NCBI GenBank assembly: GCA_963767925.1
Contig: CAVYGB010000010.1
Coordinates: forward strand, 1,536,001 to 1,600,000
Origin: an uncultured delta proteobacterium
GTDB lineage: Bacteria > Myxococcota_A > Polyangia > Fen-1088
Direction: 5' to 3'
Length of the DNA stretch: 64,000 nucleotides
Part shown: piece after piece, positions 9,351-20,294 of the stretch
How the letters are laid out: every line of letters begins with the position of its first letter
Numbering within the stretch: position 1 is the stretch's first letter
Notes under the pieces: model-generated
The model's input: only the letters and a program-made list of their open reading frames with translations
Databases searched by the model: none
Told to the model about the DNA's origin: nothing
Made by a program: the position numbers and the translations under genes

Positions 9351-12266
9351 ATGGGCCTGGCTCGCGCCGTCGTTGCTGCACTCCTATTTCTACTCGCGCT
9401 GGCCCCCAGCACCGCGCTGGCCTACGCCCCACGGGTCGCGGTCGTCCTCTGCCAGCAGACCTACGACAGCCCGTCCAAGCGGCGGGCGGTCCACCGGAGC
9501 AGCCAGGCGCTCGTGGGGCTGGCCGGCCTGGTCGGGACGCCCTATGAAACCGTTACCCTGGACCAGCTCCTGACGCGCCCGGGGACCTACAACAGCGTCT
9601 GGTTCAGCAACTGCACGGTGCTCTCGTCGAGCACCGCCTCCCAGGTCGCCAGCTTCCTCGACGCCCACCTCGACCGGGGCGGAACCGTGCTGCTCGATGG
9701 GCCCATCGGGGCCTACGACGCGAGCTCGGGCGGCTCCCCCAGCTTCCGGGGGTCGGGTCCGGTGGGCTCCATCATCCGGATGGACGCCGCTGGCTGGCAA
9801 GGTGTGGGCGGCTGGGTGGTGCGCACCGCCGGTGACCACCCGCTGGCCGGTCTGCCCGGCTGGGCCCCCGGGACCGTCTTGACCCAGGGGCTGGTCACCG
9901 GCACCGACATCCTCGAGCTCCGGGACGACGGCGAGGACGGCGCGCAGGTCATGCTCGAGCTGAGCAACGGCGGCGACACGCGGCCCTTCCTCATCACCAC
10001 CAGCCCCGGCGGGGGCCGGGTGCTCGGCATCTCGGGCTACGCCGACGACGGCGGCCCCGCCACCCCCTTCCGCAACGAGGCCCCCCGCGGCTTCTTCGAC
10101 AACCAGCTCCTGCCCCGCCTGGTCGAGGCGGTGTTGTGGCTGCTGGGCCCCGACGAGGTCGCGGTGGGCCTGCAGCTCTCGGCCGCCCCCATGACGGCGG
10201 TGGTGCGGCTCGACGCCGACGTCAGCGATTCGTCGTCGGACAGCTCGACCACCCTCGACTACCTGATCCGGCTGGGCCGCGAGACCGGCGTGACCACGGC
10301 CTATGCCATCGTCAGCTCGCTGGCCGAGCGCTCGGGCTGGTCGGGGTTCTCCGGCATCCCCGAGATCGAGCGGCTGGGCGGCGCCCTCGGCTCGCACTCG
10401 CACACCCACAACTACGACATGAGCCGGCAGATCCCGGCCGAGGGCTGGGACCTCGAGGTGCGCCAGTCGATGGCCACCATCCGCGACCAGTTCACCTCCA
10501 GCTCGTTCCGGCCGGCGGTGCAGCTGTTCATCAACCCAGGCGCCGAGATCGACTGGGGCGACTACCGCCGCTTCTTCCCCTTCATCAAGGCCTACTTCAG
10601 CCACGGCTACGAGAACGAGGTCCCCTACTCATCGGGCATCTCCGCCTTCGGCACCCCCGCGGTGGCGATCTTCAACGACGTCCCGGCGCCCGACTACGCC
10701 TGGTTCTACAGCCCCCTGTGGATGTACAGCGTGGCCGACGGGACCAGCAACCAGCGGCAGATCCTGCGCTACTACCAGACCCGGGTCGGGCGCGGCGTGC
10801 TCTACAACCAGATGTGGCACGACTACGCGATCGCCAGCGAGGCGCCCCTGCACTTCCCGGGCGACAGCACCCGGCCGTTCTTCGACGCCATCCGCGACCA
10901 CTTCGGCCGCGAGCGGGTCTACGCCCCCGGCATCGCCGAGGTCACCACCAAGCTGCACCTGGCCCAGCGGACCCAGCTCAGCGCCCAGACCAGCGGCGGC
11001 ACGGTGACGACGACGCTGGACCTGTCGCGGCTGACCGCCGAGGAGCGGCTGCAGCTCGCCGGCATGGGCCTGCGCCTCAACCGCAGCAGCCGGCCCATCG
11101 CCGCCGCCACCGTCGACGGCGCCCTCCACCCGGCCTTCACCCCCGACACAATCATCTTGCCGCCGGCCCGCGCCGCCTCGATGACGATCGTCGCCCAGAC
11201 CGGCGATCCGGCGGGCGGCCCCCGCCTCACCTACCTGTCGAAGGCCCCCTCGGCCCTCACCGGGGCCGCCGACTCGCTGCGGGTCACGCTGGCCAGCCCG
11301 GGGCTGCGCACCCGCTTCTGCATGGCCCTGCCGGCTCGCCACGTGGTGCTGGGCGCCGACCGCTACGCTCCCGAGGGGGCCAGCGAGACCTGCGGCGCGC
11401 TCGACTACGACTCGGGGTCGACCGGCCTCGATGCCCGGGCCATCACCGCGCCGGCCAACGTGTCGTTCATCGCGGCCGATCGGCGCCTCCTCGCGATAAA
11501 CATCGCCGGCGCCACGGTGAGCGTCGACGCGGCGACCGGGGACAGCTCGGACCGGATCACCTTCCGGGCCAGCGCCGCCCCGGTGTCCGCGAGCGTGGGC
11601 TCCAACGCCGTCACCCCGGTCAGCCAGGGCAACGGGACCTACGTCATCACCCTCGGCCGGACCGGCACCGGCACGGTGACCCTGCGCTTCGACGCCCCCC
11701 CGCCACCGCCACCGCCACCGCCACCGCCCCCTCCTCCCCCGCCGCCACCGCCGCCCCCGCCACCGCCACCGGTGCCTCCGCCTGCTCCGCCGCCGCCGCC
11801 CGCCCCGGTGCCCCCGCCGCCACCCGCCCCGGTGCCCCCGCCGCCACCGCCTCCTCCCCCCATGCCGCCGGGCCCCATGCCGCCGCCACCCCCCCCGCCA
11901 CCGCCGCCGGGGCCGGACGCGGGATCGCCAATCCCGGACGCCGGACGGCCCGACTACTCGGGGCCGCCGAGCATCGACCCCCCGGTGATCAACCCGGGTG
12001 GGCCAGCCTCGACCTCCGACGCCGGCATGGATCCCCCGCCGCCGCCGACCCCGGACGCCGGTCGCGGCTCGTCACGTGACGCCGCCCCCACCCCGCCAGA
12101 TGCCAGGCCGACCTATACCAAGCTCGGCGGCGGCACCGGCTGCTCCTGCTCGGTCACCGAGCCGCAGGAAGCCCCCGGCGCCGGGATGTTGCTGGCCCTG
12201 CTGGTCGGAAACGGCATGTTGATCACCCGCCGGCGCAAGCGCGCCCGGCATACCGAGCGGCGCTGA
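9351..12266 (+). CDS. Large secreted polysaccharide deacetylase-fold protein with polyproline stalk and MYXO-CTERM-like anchor
   Basis: AAAGGA RBS; signal peptide; CE4-like motifs RLDAD and GSHSHTH; long Pro tract; C-terminal GGGTGCSC, hydrophobic segment and RRRKR. Confidence 0.75.
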   Translation: MGLARAVVAALLFLLALAPSTALAYAPRVAVVLCQQTYDSPSKRRAVHRSSQALVGLAGLVGTPYETVTLDQLLTRPGTYNSVWFSNCTVLSSSTASQVASFLDAHLDRGGTVLLDGPIGAYDASSGGSPSFRGSGPVGSIIRMDAAGWQGVGGWVVRTAGDHPLAGLPGWAPGTVLTQGLVTGTDILELRDDGEDGAQVMLELSNGGDTRPFLITTSPGGGRVLGISGYADDGGPATPFRNEAPRGFFDNQLLPRLVEAVLWLLGPDEVAVGLQLSAAPMTAVVRLDADVSDSSSDSSTTLDYLIRLGRETGVTTAYAIVSSLAERSGWSGFSGIPEIERLGGALGSHSHTHNYDMSRQIPAEGWDLEVRQSMATIRDQFTSSSFRPAVQLFINPGAEIDWGDYRRFFPFIKAYFSHGYENEVPYSSGISAFGTPAVAIFNDVPAPDYAWFYSPLWMYSVADGTSNQRQILRYYQTRVGRGVLYNQMWHDYAIASEAPLHFPGDSTRPFFDAIRDHFGRERVYAPGIAEVTTKLHLAQRTQLSAQTSGGTVTTTLDLSRLTAEERLQLAGMGLRLNRSSRPIAAATVDGALHPAFTPDTIILPPARAASMTIVAQTGDPAGGPRLTYLSKAPSALTGAADSLRVTLASPGLRTRFCMALPARHVVLGADRYAPEGASETCGALDYDSGSTGLDARAITAPANVSFIAADRRLLAINIAGATVSVDAATGDSSDRITFRASAAPVSASVGSNAVTPVSQGNGTYVITLGRTGTGTVTLRFDAPPPPPPPPPPPPPPPPPPPPPPPPPVPPPAPPPPPAPVPPPPPAPVPPPPPPPPPMPPGPMPPPPPPPPPPGPDAGSPIPDAGRPDYSGPPSIDPPVINPGGPASTSDAGMDPPPPPTPDAGRGSSRDAAPTPPDARPTYTKLGGGTGCSCSVTEPQEAPGAGMLLALLVGNGMLITRRRKRARHTERR
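11695..11915 (+). repeat. Polyproline-encoding low-complexity tract (CCN)n
   Basis: About 70 codons that are mostly Pro, with mixed third positions. Confidence 0.9.
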
Positions 12267-12438
12267 TCGCGACAATGGGGATACCCAGGAGCCCGATGGG
12301 GTGAACCGGGTATCTTGCGACGCGAAATCGATCCGACCAGGGCGTCAATCCGGTACTTCCCTTCAGGGGGTCGATTTAATAGAACAGACCCTCGGGTCCC
12401 CGCGAACGCGGCGGCGACCCACGAGAAAAGGGGGCCCC

Positions 12439-13842
12439 GTGAAGTTGTCGTCGATCGCCTCGTCTGCGTGGGCGCGCAGTTTCGCCGTGTGCTCGGTGCT
12501 GCTGCCGGCGTGCTCGCTCCAGAACGAAAACCTTGGCGCCGCCGCTGCGCCCACCACCCCCGGACCGACGGGAGGGCGCACCGGTGGCCGCCCACAGGTG
12601 GTGCCTCCCGGGTCCCCCCGGATCGACCCGCCCCCCTCCGTCCTTTCGGCCGACGCCGCCGTCGATCCCGCTCCTCCGCCTGCTGCTCCTCCTCCCGTGC
12701 CTGCCCCCGGCGGGTTTGACGCCGCCTCCCGGGCCGACGGCAGCGGCTCGACCGACGCCGCCGTCGACCGGGCCCCGCCCCCGCCCAGTTTCTCAGTGGC
12801 CGAGGTCGCCACCTGGCGCGGCGGGGCCCTCGGCGCGTATTCGATCGTCCACGGCAGCGTCTGTGACGGCAACGCCCTGGGCGCCTTCAAGCACGCCGAT
12901 CCGGAGCTCACCCGCCGCGGCCTGCGCGCCGGGTTCAGCGTGATCGTCACCTCCTGCGGCCCGGCCCCCGGCGACCAGTGGCCCAAGGTGAAGGCCCTGG
13001 CCGAACACGGCCACGACATCATCAACCACTCCTACAGCTTCGCCTGTCTCGCCGGCCGCCAGTGCGCCGGGCGGCGGGCCAGCCTCGACTTCGCCTTCGA
13101 GATCGACCAGGCCACCGACATCCTCCAGAAGACGGTCGCGGTGCCGGTGCGCTACTTCGCCTTCCCCTTCGACGCCTGTGGGCCCGAGGCCATCGCCCAC
13201 CTGCGCCAGCGCGGTTACCTCGGCGCCCGCTGCGGGGGCCGGGGGGTCACCGAGCCGAAGTTCGCCGACGGCTTCGCCAGCAAGTCCGACGTCTGGGGGC
13301 CGGCCTTCTCGATCTACGCCGCGGGCGGACCCTGCGCCGGGCTGGTCCGCCCCAACACCAACCAGGCGCCCGAGAGCCTGCCGCCCGCCTGCCGGACCTA
13401 CGTCCTCAACCAGTACGTCGACGACGCCATCGCCCAGCGGGGCTGGGCGGTCCGCACCTTGACCGGCTTTCTCGACGATCCCGGGGCCTTCCAGCCGATC
13501 AGCGTGCCCGACTACACCGCCCACCTCGACTACATCAAGGCCCGCTCCGACGCCGGCCAGCTCTGGGTCGAGGGCCCCACCCCCATCGTGAAATACCGCT
13601 GGGCCCGCGAGGCGTGTCCCCTCCCCACCGTCGAGGGAAACACCCTGCGCTTCTCCGTGACGCCCGACTGCCGTCCCTTCACCACCACCCTCAGTTACGT
13701 CGTCACCTCCGCGAGCGCCGCGCCCCCCGAGACCCTGAAGGTCACCCAGGCCGGCGCCACCCGCCCGGTCAAGACGCTCTCGAAAGGCCGCTACCTGGTC
13801 GACGCCGACCCCAGCAAGGGCGACGCGACTCTGACCCCGTAG
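12439..13842 (+). CDS. Polysaccharide deacetylase-fold lipoprotein with degenerate catalytic motifs
   Basis: Lipobox LLPAC; Pro-rich linker; NodB-like GHDIINHS and YFAFPF segments. Confidence 0.75.
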   Translation: MKLSSIASSAWARSFAVCSVLLPACSLQNENLGAAAAPTTPGPTGGRTGGRPQVVPPGSPRIDPPPSVLSADAAVDPAPPPAAPPPVPAPGGFDAASRADGSGSTDAAVDRAPPPPSFSVAEVATWRGGALGAYSIVHGSVCDGNALGAFKHADPELTRRGLRAGFSVIVTSCGPAPGDQWPKVKALAEHGHDIINHSYSFACLAGRQCAGRRASLDFAFEIDQATDILQKTVAVPVRYFAFPFDACGPEAIAHLRQRGYLGARCGGRGVTEPKFADGFASKSDVWGPAFSIYAAGGPCAGLVRPNTNQAPESLPPACRTYVLNQYVDDAIAQRGWAVRTLTGFLDDPGAFQPISVPDYTAHLDYIKARSDAGQLWVEGPTPIVKYRWAREACPLPTVEGNTLRFSVTPDCRPFTTTLSYVVTSASAAPPETLKVTQAGATRPVKTLSKGRYLVDADPSKGDATLTP

Positions 13843-13897
13843 CACACCGACCGGCGGGCCCGCGGAGCCCTCACCCCTCAACAAGCCTGACGGCCGG

Positions 13898-14176
13898 TCA
13901 GGCGGTCTTCTTGCTGGCGGCGGCGGGAGCGGGGCTGGGGGCGCGGACGGGAGGACGCCGGGGGCTGGCCGCGCCGACCACGGCCAGGCGGCCCTGGTCC
14001 CCGTCGTAGCGGGAGGCGAGGCCCTGGCGGTCGAGGGCAGCGGCGAGGTTGAACGAGTCGCTGCGGCCGAGGGCGATCTCGTCGCCCGGCTCGAGCACAC
14101 GGGCCGCCTCGTCGGGCTCGTCCCGGTGGACCAGCCAGCGGGCCCAGTCGGCGCGCGTCCAGCTCTCGTCGGCCAT
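13898..14176 (-). CDS. Hypothetical protein (92 aa)
   Basis: ATG-started ORF with genome-typical codon bias, convergent with the upstream gene. Confidence 0.55.
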   Translation of the reverse strand: MADESWTRADWARWLVHRDEPDEAARVLEPGDEIALGRSDSFNLAAALDRQGLASRYDGDQGRLAVVGAASPRRPPVRAPSPAPAAASKKTA

Positions 14177-14203
14177 CGGCCAAATATAGCAGGGACGGGC
14201 CCA

Positions 14204-14244
14204 AAAAAAGCAAAGGGGCGGGAACCCTCACGGGTCCCGCCCCT
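14204..14244 (-). terminator. Rho-independent terminator of groESL
   Basis: Minus strand GGGCGGGACCC-GTGA-GGGTTCCCGCCC followed by CTTTGCTTTTTT. Confidence 0.85.
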
Positions 14245-14288
14245 CGGTCGACCGGAGCTAGCTCGCTCGCCCCGATCCGGTCGCCCGC

Positions 14289-16290
<2,002 letters not shown>

Positions 16291-16333
16291 TTCAATTTCC
16301 TCCATGTGCGCCTGGCCAGTGTTCGCGCACGCT

Positions 16334-16360
16334 CCAGCACTCGGGCTGGGTGACTGCCAG
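16334..16360. promoter_or_regulatory. CIRCE element (HrcA operator)
   Basis: CCAGCACTC-N9-GACTGCCAG versus consensus TTAGCACTC-N9-GAGTGCTAA, located upstream of groES. Confidence 0.85.
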
Positions 16361-16366
16361 GCCCCA

Positions 16367-16394
16367 GTTCTAAGCACAACCGCTTGGTCGTCAA
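16367..16394 (-). promoter_or_regulatory. Candidate sigma70-type promoter of groESL
   Basis: Minus strand TTGACG-N16-TAGAAC lying between the two CIRCE-like sites. Confidence 0.4.
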
Positions 16395-16409
16395 CGCGTT
16401 TTCCGCCCC

Positions 16410-16439
16410 CTGGCAGCACTCGGGCCCCCCTGCTGCCAG
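16410..16439. promoter_or_regulatory. Second, degenerate CIRCE-like inverted repeat
   Basis: GCAGCACTC-N9-TGCTGCCAG; also a perfect 9-bp inverted repeat CTGGCAGCA-N12-TGCTGCCAG. Confidence 0.55.
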
Positions 16440-16520
16440 AGGTTTCCAGCGTATGTACTTGATTTCACTTAGAAAATTCCTAGATTCAGATCAGGACGGC
16501 GTTCCTCGAGGCAAAAACTC

Positions 16521-17090
16521 ATGGAGCACACTGAGACTCTCGAATCGTTTTTTTCGGCGAAGTTGGGTGAGGCCCTGAAGGACCAGCGGGTCGCGGTCGA
16601 CGCCCGGACGGAGTACTACCTGGTGCAGTTGCTGGCGGCCTACGGGGCCCAGCCAGTCGACGAGGCCCCCCTGGGCATGAAGCTGCTGGCCGCGCGGGAG
16701 GCGGCCCCGCCGGAGCGGCGGCGACAGCTCCGGGAGGTGGGGGACACCTCGCTGTTCGTGTCGGGCTTCTGGTCCGACAGCTTTGCCCGGCGGCTCGTCG
16801 ACGTGGACTATTACATCGGGCTCGGTGGCAGCGCGTACAGCGAGCTGGCCCGGACCGGCGACGGCTGGAGCCGCGACCCGTTCGGGCAGGTCTACCAGGA
16901 GCTGGCCGAGAAGTTCGCCCGCTTCGTGGGCGTGCTGGCCGTGCTCAGCCGGGCCTGCACCCAGACCCGGACCGCCCACGACGTGATCCGGCTCTACGAG
17001 AAGTACCGGCGCAGCGGCAGCCGCTGGGCCGCGGGCCGCCTGGCCGCCCTCGGCGTCATCCTCTCCGATCCGCAAGGACGGCCCCAATAG
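16521..17090 (+). CDS. Hypothetical protein (189 aa), divergent from groESL
   Basis: Globular-looking ORF with motifs GDTSLFVSGF and VDVDYYIGLGGSAY. Confidence 0.8.
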   Translation: MEHTETLESFFSAKLGEALKDQRVAVDARTEYYLVQLLAAYGAQPVDEAPLGMKLLAAREAAPPERRRQLREVGDTSLFVSGFWSDSFARRLVDVDYYIGLGGSAYSELARTGDGWSRDPFGQVYQELAEKFARFVGVLAVLSRACTQTRTAHDVIRLYEKYRRSGSRWAAGRLAALGVILSDPQGRPQ

Positions 17091-17092
17091 CC

Positions 17093-17830
17093 GTGGTCGA
17101 TCCGCGACCGGAGGCCGAGCCCGGCGAGGGGACCACCCGGGCCCTGACCCTCGTCCCGGCCCCGCCCGCGAACGTCCTCACCCGGCTGCAAAACGGCCTC
17201 GAGGCGCTCTATCGGGTCGAGACCCGACTCGACGTGCGCCTGTTCGTTGTCGGCGAGGACGAGCGCTCGCGCGCCCTGGGCCCGGCCGCCCGCCGCCCGC
17301 GCGAGCAGCTCCTGGTCTCGCACGAGGCGGGTGAGCTGGCCCTGGCCCTCTACCTCGACGACTCGGCCCTGCAGAACCTGGAGCACAACGATCCGCACCG
17401 GGGGCTCGGCGAGCACAACTTCGCCGACTTCTGTCTCGCGGTCGAGGGGGTCAGCCACTTCATCTACGTCGCCCTGTGCGCCGCAGCCAACCGCCAGGTC
17501 ACCGCGCTCGAGCTCGAGCTGCAGGCCGAGGTCGACAAGTTCGTGAGCTGCTTGCTGCTCGAGGTGGCCGCCGCCCGCCGCCCCGGCCGGCTGCGCGCCA
17601 CCGAGCTGCGCGCCCGCCTGTACGAGAAGGTCCACCTGGCCGACGACCTCGACGGCGACGAGCGCGACCGCTACGCCACGGCCAACCACCAGGCCCACCG
17701 CTACGCCGGCGCCCTCGAGCGCCGCTACCCCGACCCCACCCGCCTGTCCGCGATGTTCGCCGAGCTGCGCCGGTTTTACCGCCTCCCCCTGGAAGACAAG
17801 CTGGCCCACATCGCGCGCGCGGCCGCCTGA
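17093..17830 (+). CDS. Hypothetical protein, possibly a distant zinc-peptidase-like fold
   Basis: Starts 2 nt after the upstream stop; motifs VEGVSHF and ELELQAEVDKF. Confidence 0.75.
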   Translation: MVDPRPEAEPGEGTTRALTLVPAPPANVLTRLQNGLEALYRVETRLDVRLFVVGEDERSRALGPAARRPREQLLVSHEAGELALALYLDDSALQNLEHNDPHRGLGEHNFADFCLAVEGVSHFIYVALCAAANRQVTALELELQAEVDKFVSCLLLEVAAARRPGRLRATELRARLYEKVHLADDLDGDERDRYATANHQAHRYAGALERRYPDPTRLSAMFAELRRFYRLPLEDKLAHIARAAA

Positions 17831-17835
17831 CCGCC

Positions 17836-17992
17836 GCGCGCGCCCAGGTCAGCTCGCCGTGAACGTCAACGCTGGAGTCGCTTGCTGCGGGCGGCGGCGC
17901 GGGTCAGCCCGCCCGGCACGTGGTGATGGCCGAGTCACTTGCTGCGGGCGGCCGCGCGGGTCAGCTCGCCGTGCACGTGGGTGATGGCGGAG
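17836..17992. repeat. Degenerate ~57-bp tandem duplication of the 3' end of the MBL-fold gene
   Basis: 17875-17934 resembles 17932-17992; partial third copy GGTCAGCTCGCCGTG near 17847. Confidence 0.8.
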
Positions 17993-18888
17993 GGCTTCAT
18001 CTCCGCCTGGCCCGTCCACTGCTTCCAGGCCGGGATGTCGACCAGGGTCTTGGCCTCCTCCAGGCCCTTGCCCGCCTTCTGCAAGGCCGCCACCTGGCGG
18101 CGCAGCTCGACGAAATATTGCTTCTGGCTCTCCAGCATGTCGGCCCGGCCCACCGCCCCGTGCCCGGGGACGACGACGTCGGGGGCGAGCGCCTGCACCT
18201 TGCCGAGCACCTCGATCCAGCTCCCGGTGTCGGCGTCGCCGAGGTAGTTGTGGTCCCCGTTCACGCAGGCGTCGCCGGTGAAGACGATCTTCTCCTTCGG
18301 AAGGTAGGTGAACACGTCGCCCGTCGTGTGGGCGTCCCCGAAGTAATACAGCTCCGCCCGGCGGCCCTTGCCGTCGTCGAGGATGAGCTGGTCCTTGAAG
18401 GTGAGCTGGGGCGGGGTGGCGGGCAGGCCGGCGTAGGCCTTGTCCTTGGCCGCCTTCTCCGCATATTTCGTGAGGTTCTTCTCGACGAAGCTGCGGCGAG
18501 CGTTCTCGTGGGCCACGATGATGGCGCCCTCCTTGGCGAAGGCCCCGCTGCCGAAGGCATGATCGTCGTGGTAGTGCGTGACGATGGCGTAGCGGATGCG
18601 CTTGCCCTTGGTTGTCCGCTTGATGTTCTTCAGCGCCCGCTCGGCCCCCAGCGGAAAGGCGGTGTCCACCACCGCCACGTAGTCGGCAAACTCGATCCAG
18701 GCGACGTTGGACCCGAGCGTCGGGACGTCGTGGTGCTGCTGGAACCACACCCCCTCCGCCACCCGCACCGGCTCCTCGTAAAGCCGCTTCTTCTCCGGCG
18801 CCGGCCCCTGCGCCGCCGCCACCGCGTAAACACCCCCGAAGAACACAACCCCAAGCCCGGTCCAGACCAAGCGCGACGTTTTGGACAT
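17935..18888 (-). CDS. Secreted MBL-fold metallo-hydrolase (cyclase-like)
   Basis: Signal peptide; THYHDDH, AHTTGD, FTGD and PGHG motifs. Confidence 0.9.
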   Translation of the reverse strand: MSKTSRLVWTGLGVVFFGGVYAVAAAQGPAPEKKRLYEEPVRVAEGVWFQQHHDVPTLGSNVAWIEFADYVAVVDTAFPLGAERALKNIKRTTKGKRIRYAIVTHYHDDHAFGSGAFAKEGAIIVAHENARRSFVEKNLTKYAEKAAKDKAYAGLPATPPQLTFKDQLILDDGKGRRAELYYFGDAHTTGDVFTYLPKEKIVFTGDACVNGDHNYLGDADTGSWIEVLGKVQALAPDVVVPGHGAVGRADMLESQKQYFVELRRQVAALQKAGKGLEEAKTLVDIPAWKQWTGQAEMKPSAITHVHGELTRAAARSK

Positions 18889-18972
18889 ACCCAGCCGACT
18901 ACCACGCCCCGCCCCCGCCGCCAAGCCACCGCCGCTTGCTCAGGCCACGGGAGCAGGGTCAGCGGAGTGGGG

Positions 18973-19929
18973 TCAGGGACCGGCTGCGCGCAGGTCCGGG
19001 GGGTGGTCGGCGGCGCCGGCGTCGGGCGCGGGCTCGGCGGCCAGGCGCGCGACAAGCCCCTCCGCGGCCGCGCGCAGGTCCGCGATCGGGCCCTGCCAGC
19101 AGCCCGTGCTGAGGGCGCGCATGTACATGCCTCCGGCGAATTCCACCTGGATCGTCTCGCTGGCGTCGTCGACGCCGGGACAGGGCAGCGACCGGCGCAG
19201 CTCCGCCAGCACGTCCACCCTCTCCGCGACCGAGCTCAGCGGCTCGAAGTCGGTCACTCCGGTGAAGCGACCGCCCAGGCTGCCCCCGAGCTTCTCGACG
19301 AGGCCCGCCGTCCGGTTGACCATCAGCCGCTCCCCGCAGATCCGGGTGGGTGGACAGAAGGAGCTGACCCGCTCGAGCGACAACGCCTCGAAGGCCAGCT
19401 TCCCCCGCAGGCGAAAGGGCCGCCCCACGTCGGGGTCTGGCGCCGCGGGCACCGCCTCGGCGCCGGAGGCGGGGAAAAGCCGCCGGGCGGCCGCGCGCAG
19501 GCGGTAGCGAAGGGCGGCCAGCGGTCCGTCGCTGCAACCGGCGGTCTCCCCACCGACGAACACGCCGCGCAGGATCTGGATCTCCAGCTGCTCGCTGCGG
19601 TGGATCACGCCCGGGCAGCCGGGCTGCTTGCGCACGCTTTCGATCAGCGTCGCGCTGCTGGCCAGCCGGACGAGGGGCGCCAGGTCCTCGGCCGGGAGCT
19701 GCCCCTGGAAGAGCTGCGCGCGGTAGCCGTGTTGCAACCACCCGTCCGCCGACAGGTGAAAGGTCTCCCCGCAAGGAGACTCCCGGGGGCAAGGCCCCAG
19801 GTCGACGTCCATCCGCAGCGAGCGAAGATCCGCGGCCTCACCCAGCGTCCCCTCCGGCTCGATCTCCGCTTCCGGGCTGGCACACGCCGCGAGCGCCAGA
19901 CAGGAGAGACCTATCCGTGACAACTGCAC
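18973..19929 (-). CDS. Hypothetical lipoprotein with two internal Cys-containing repeats
   Basis: Lipobox LAAC; duplicated CP-x4-CGE / CPGV / GC-x2-GP pattern. Confidence 0.65.
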   Translation of the reverse strand: MQLSRIGLSCLALAACASPEAEIEPEGTLGEAADLRSLRMDVDLGPCPRESPCGETFHLSADGWLQHGYRAQLFQGQLPAEDLAPLVRLASSATLIESVRKQPGCPGVIHRSEQLEIQILRGVFVGGETAGCSDGPLAALRYRLRAAARRLFPASGAEAVPAAPDPDVGRPFRLRGKLAFEALSLERVSSFCPPTRICGERLMVNRTAGLVEKLGGSLGGRFTGVTDFEPLSSVAERVDVLAELRRSLPCPGVDDASETIQVEFAGGMYMRALSTGCWQGPIADLRAAAEGLVARLAAEPAPDAGAADHPPDLRAAGP

Positions 19930-20294
19930 GACCCCCCGCGGGGCCGCACGTGTGCCCGGCGCGCCGCATGCGCGCCAGGGGTCCCGCACGGCGGCGGGGC
20001 CGCCGCCCTCCGAAGCTCGTTCGCCACTCATCGCGCCCAGGGGCGTGCACGTAGCACGCCACGCGCGGGCCGTCCCGGGCCCGCGAATCCGCCCTGCCGG
20101 CGGGGCGAGGCGGCCTCTCCCCCGCGAGATCCGGGCAGCGGGGTCGCGGTCACGTCGCGCTGGCAGCCCCCGCGCGCAGCCTCGCAGTTTCTACCTTCCA
20201 GGCAATTTGACAGATCTGGTCATCGCCACCGTGACCCCGCCGGCGCTCATCGCCCGGGACGCCCCGGATCGGGGCCTTCCGGGACGGCGCGCTG

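Noticed and set aside
11695..11915. Polyproline tract as an assembly artefact
   Set aside because: Third codon positions vary and the frame continues into a coherent C-terminal anchor
16450..16472. IHF-like site upstream of the hypothetical pair
   Set aside because: Minus-strand AATCAA-N4-ATA only partly matches WATCAA-N4-TTR; too weak to call
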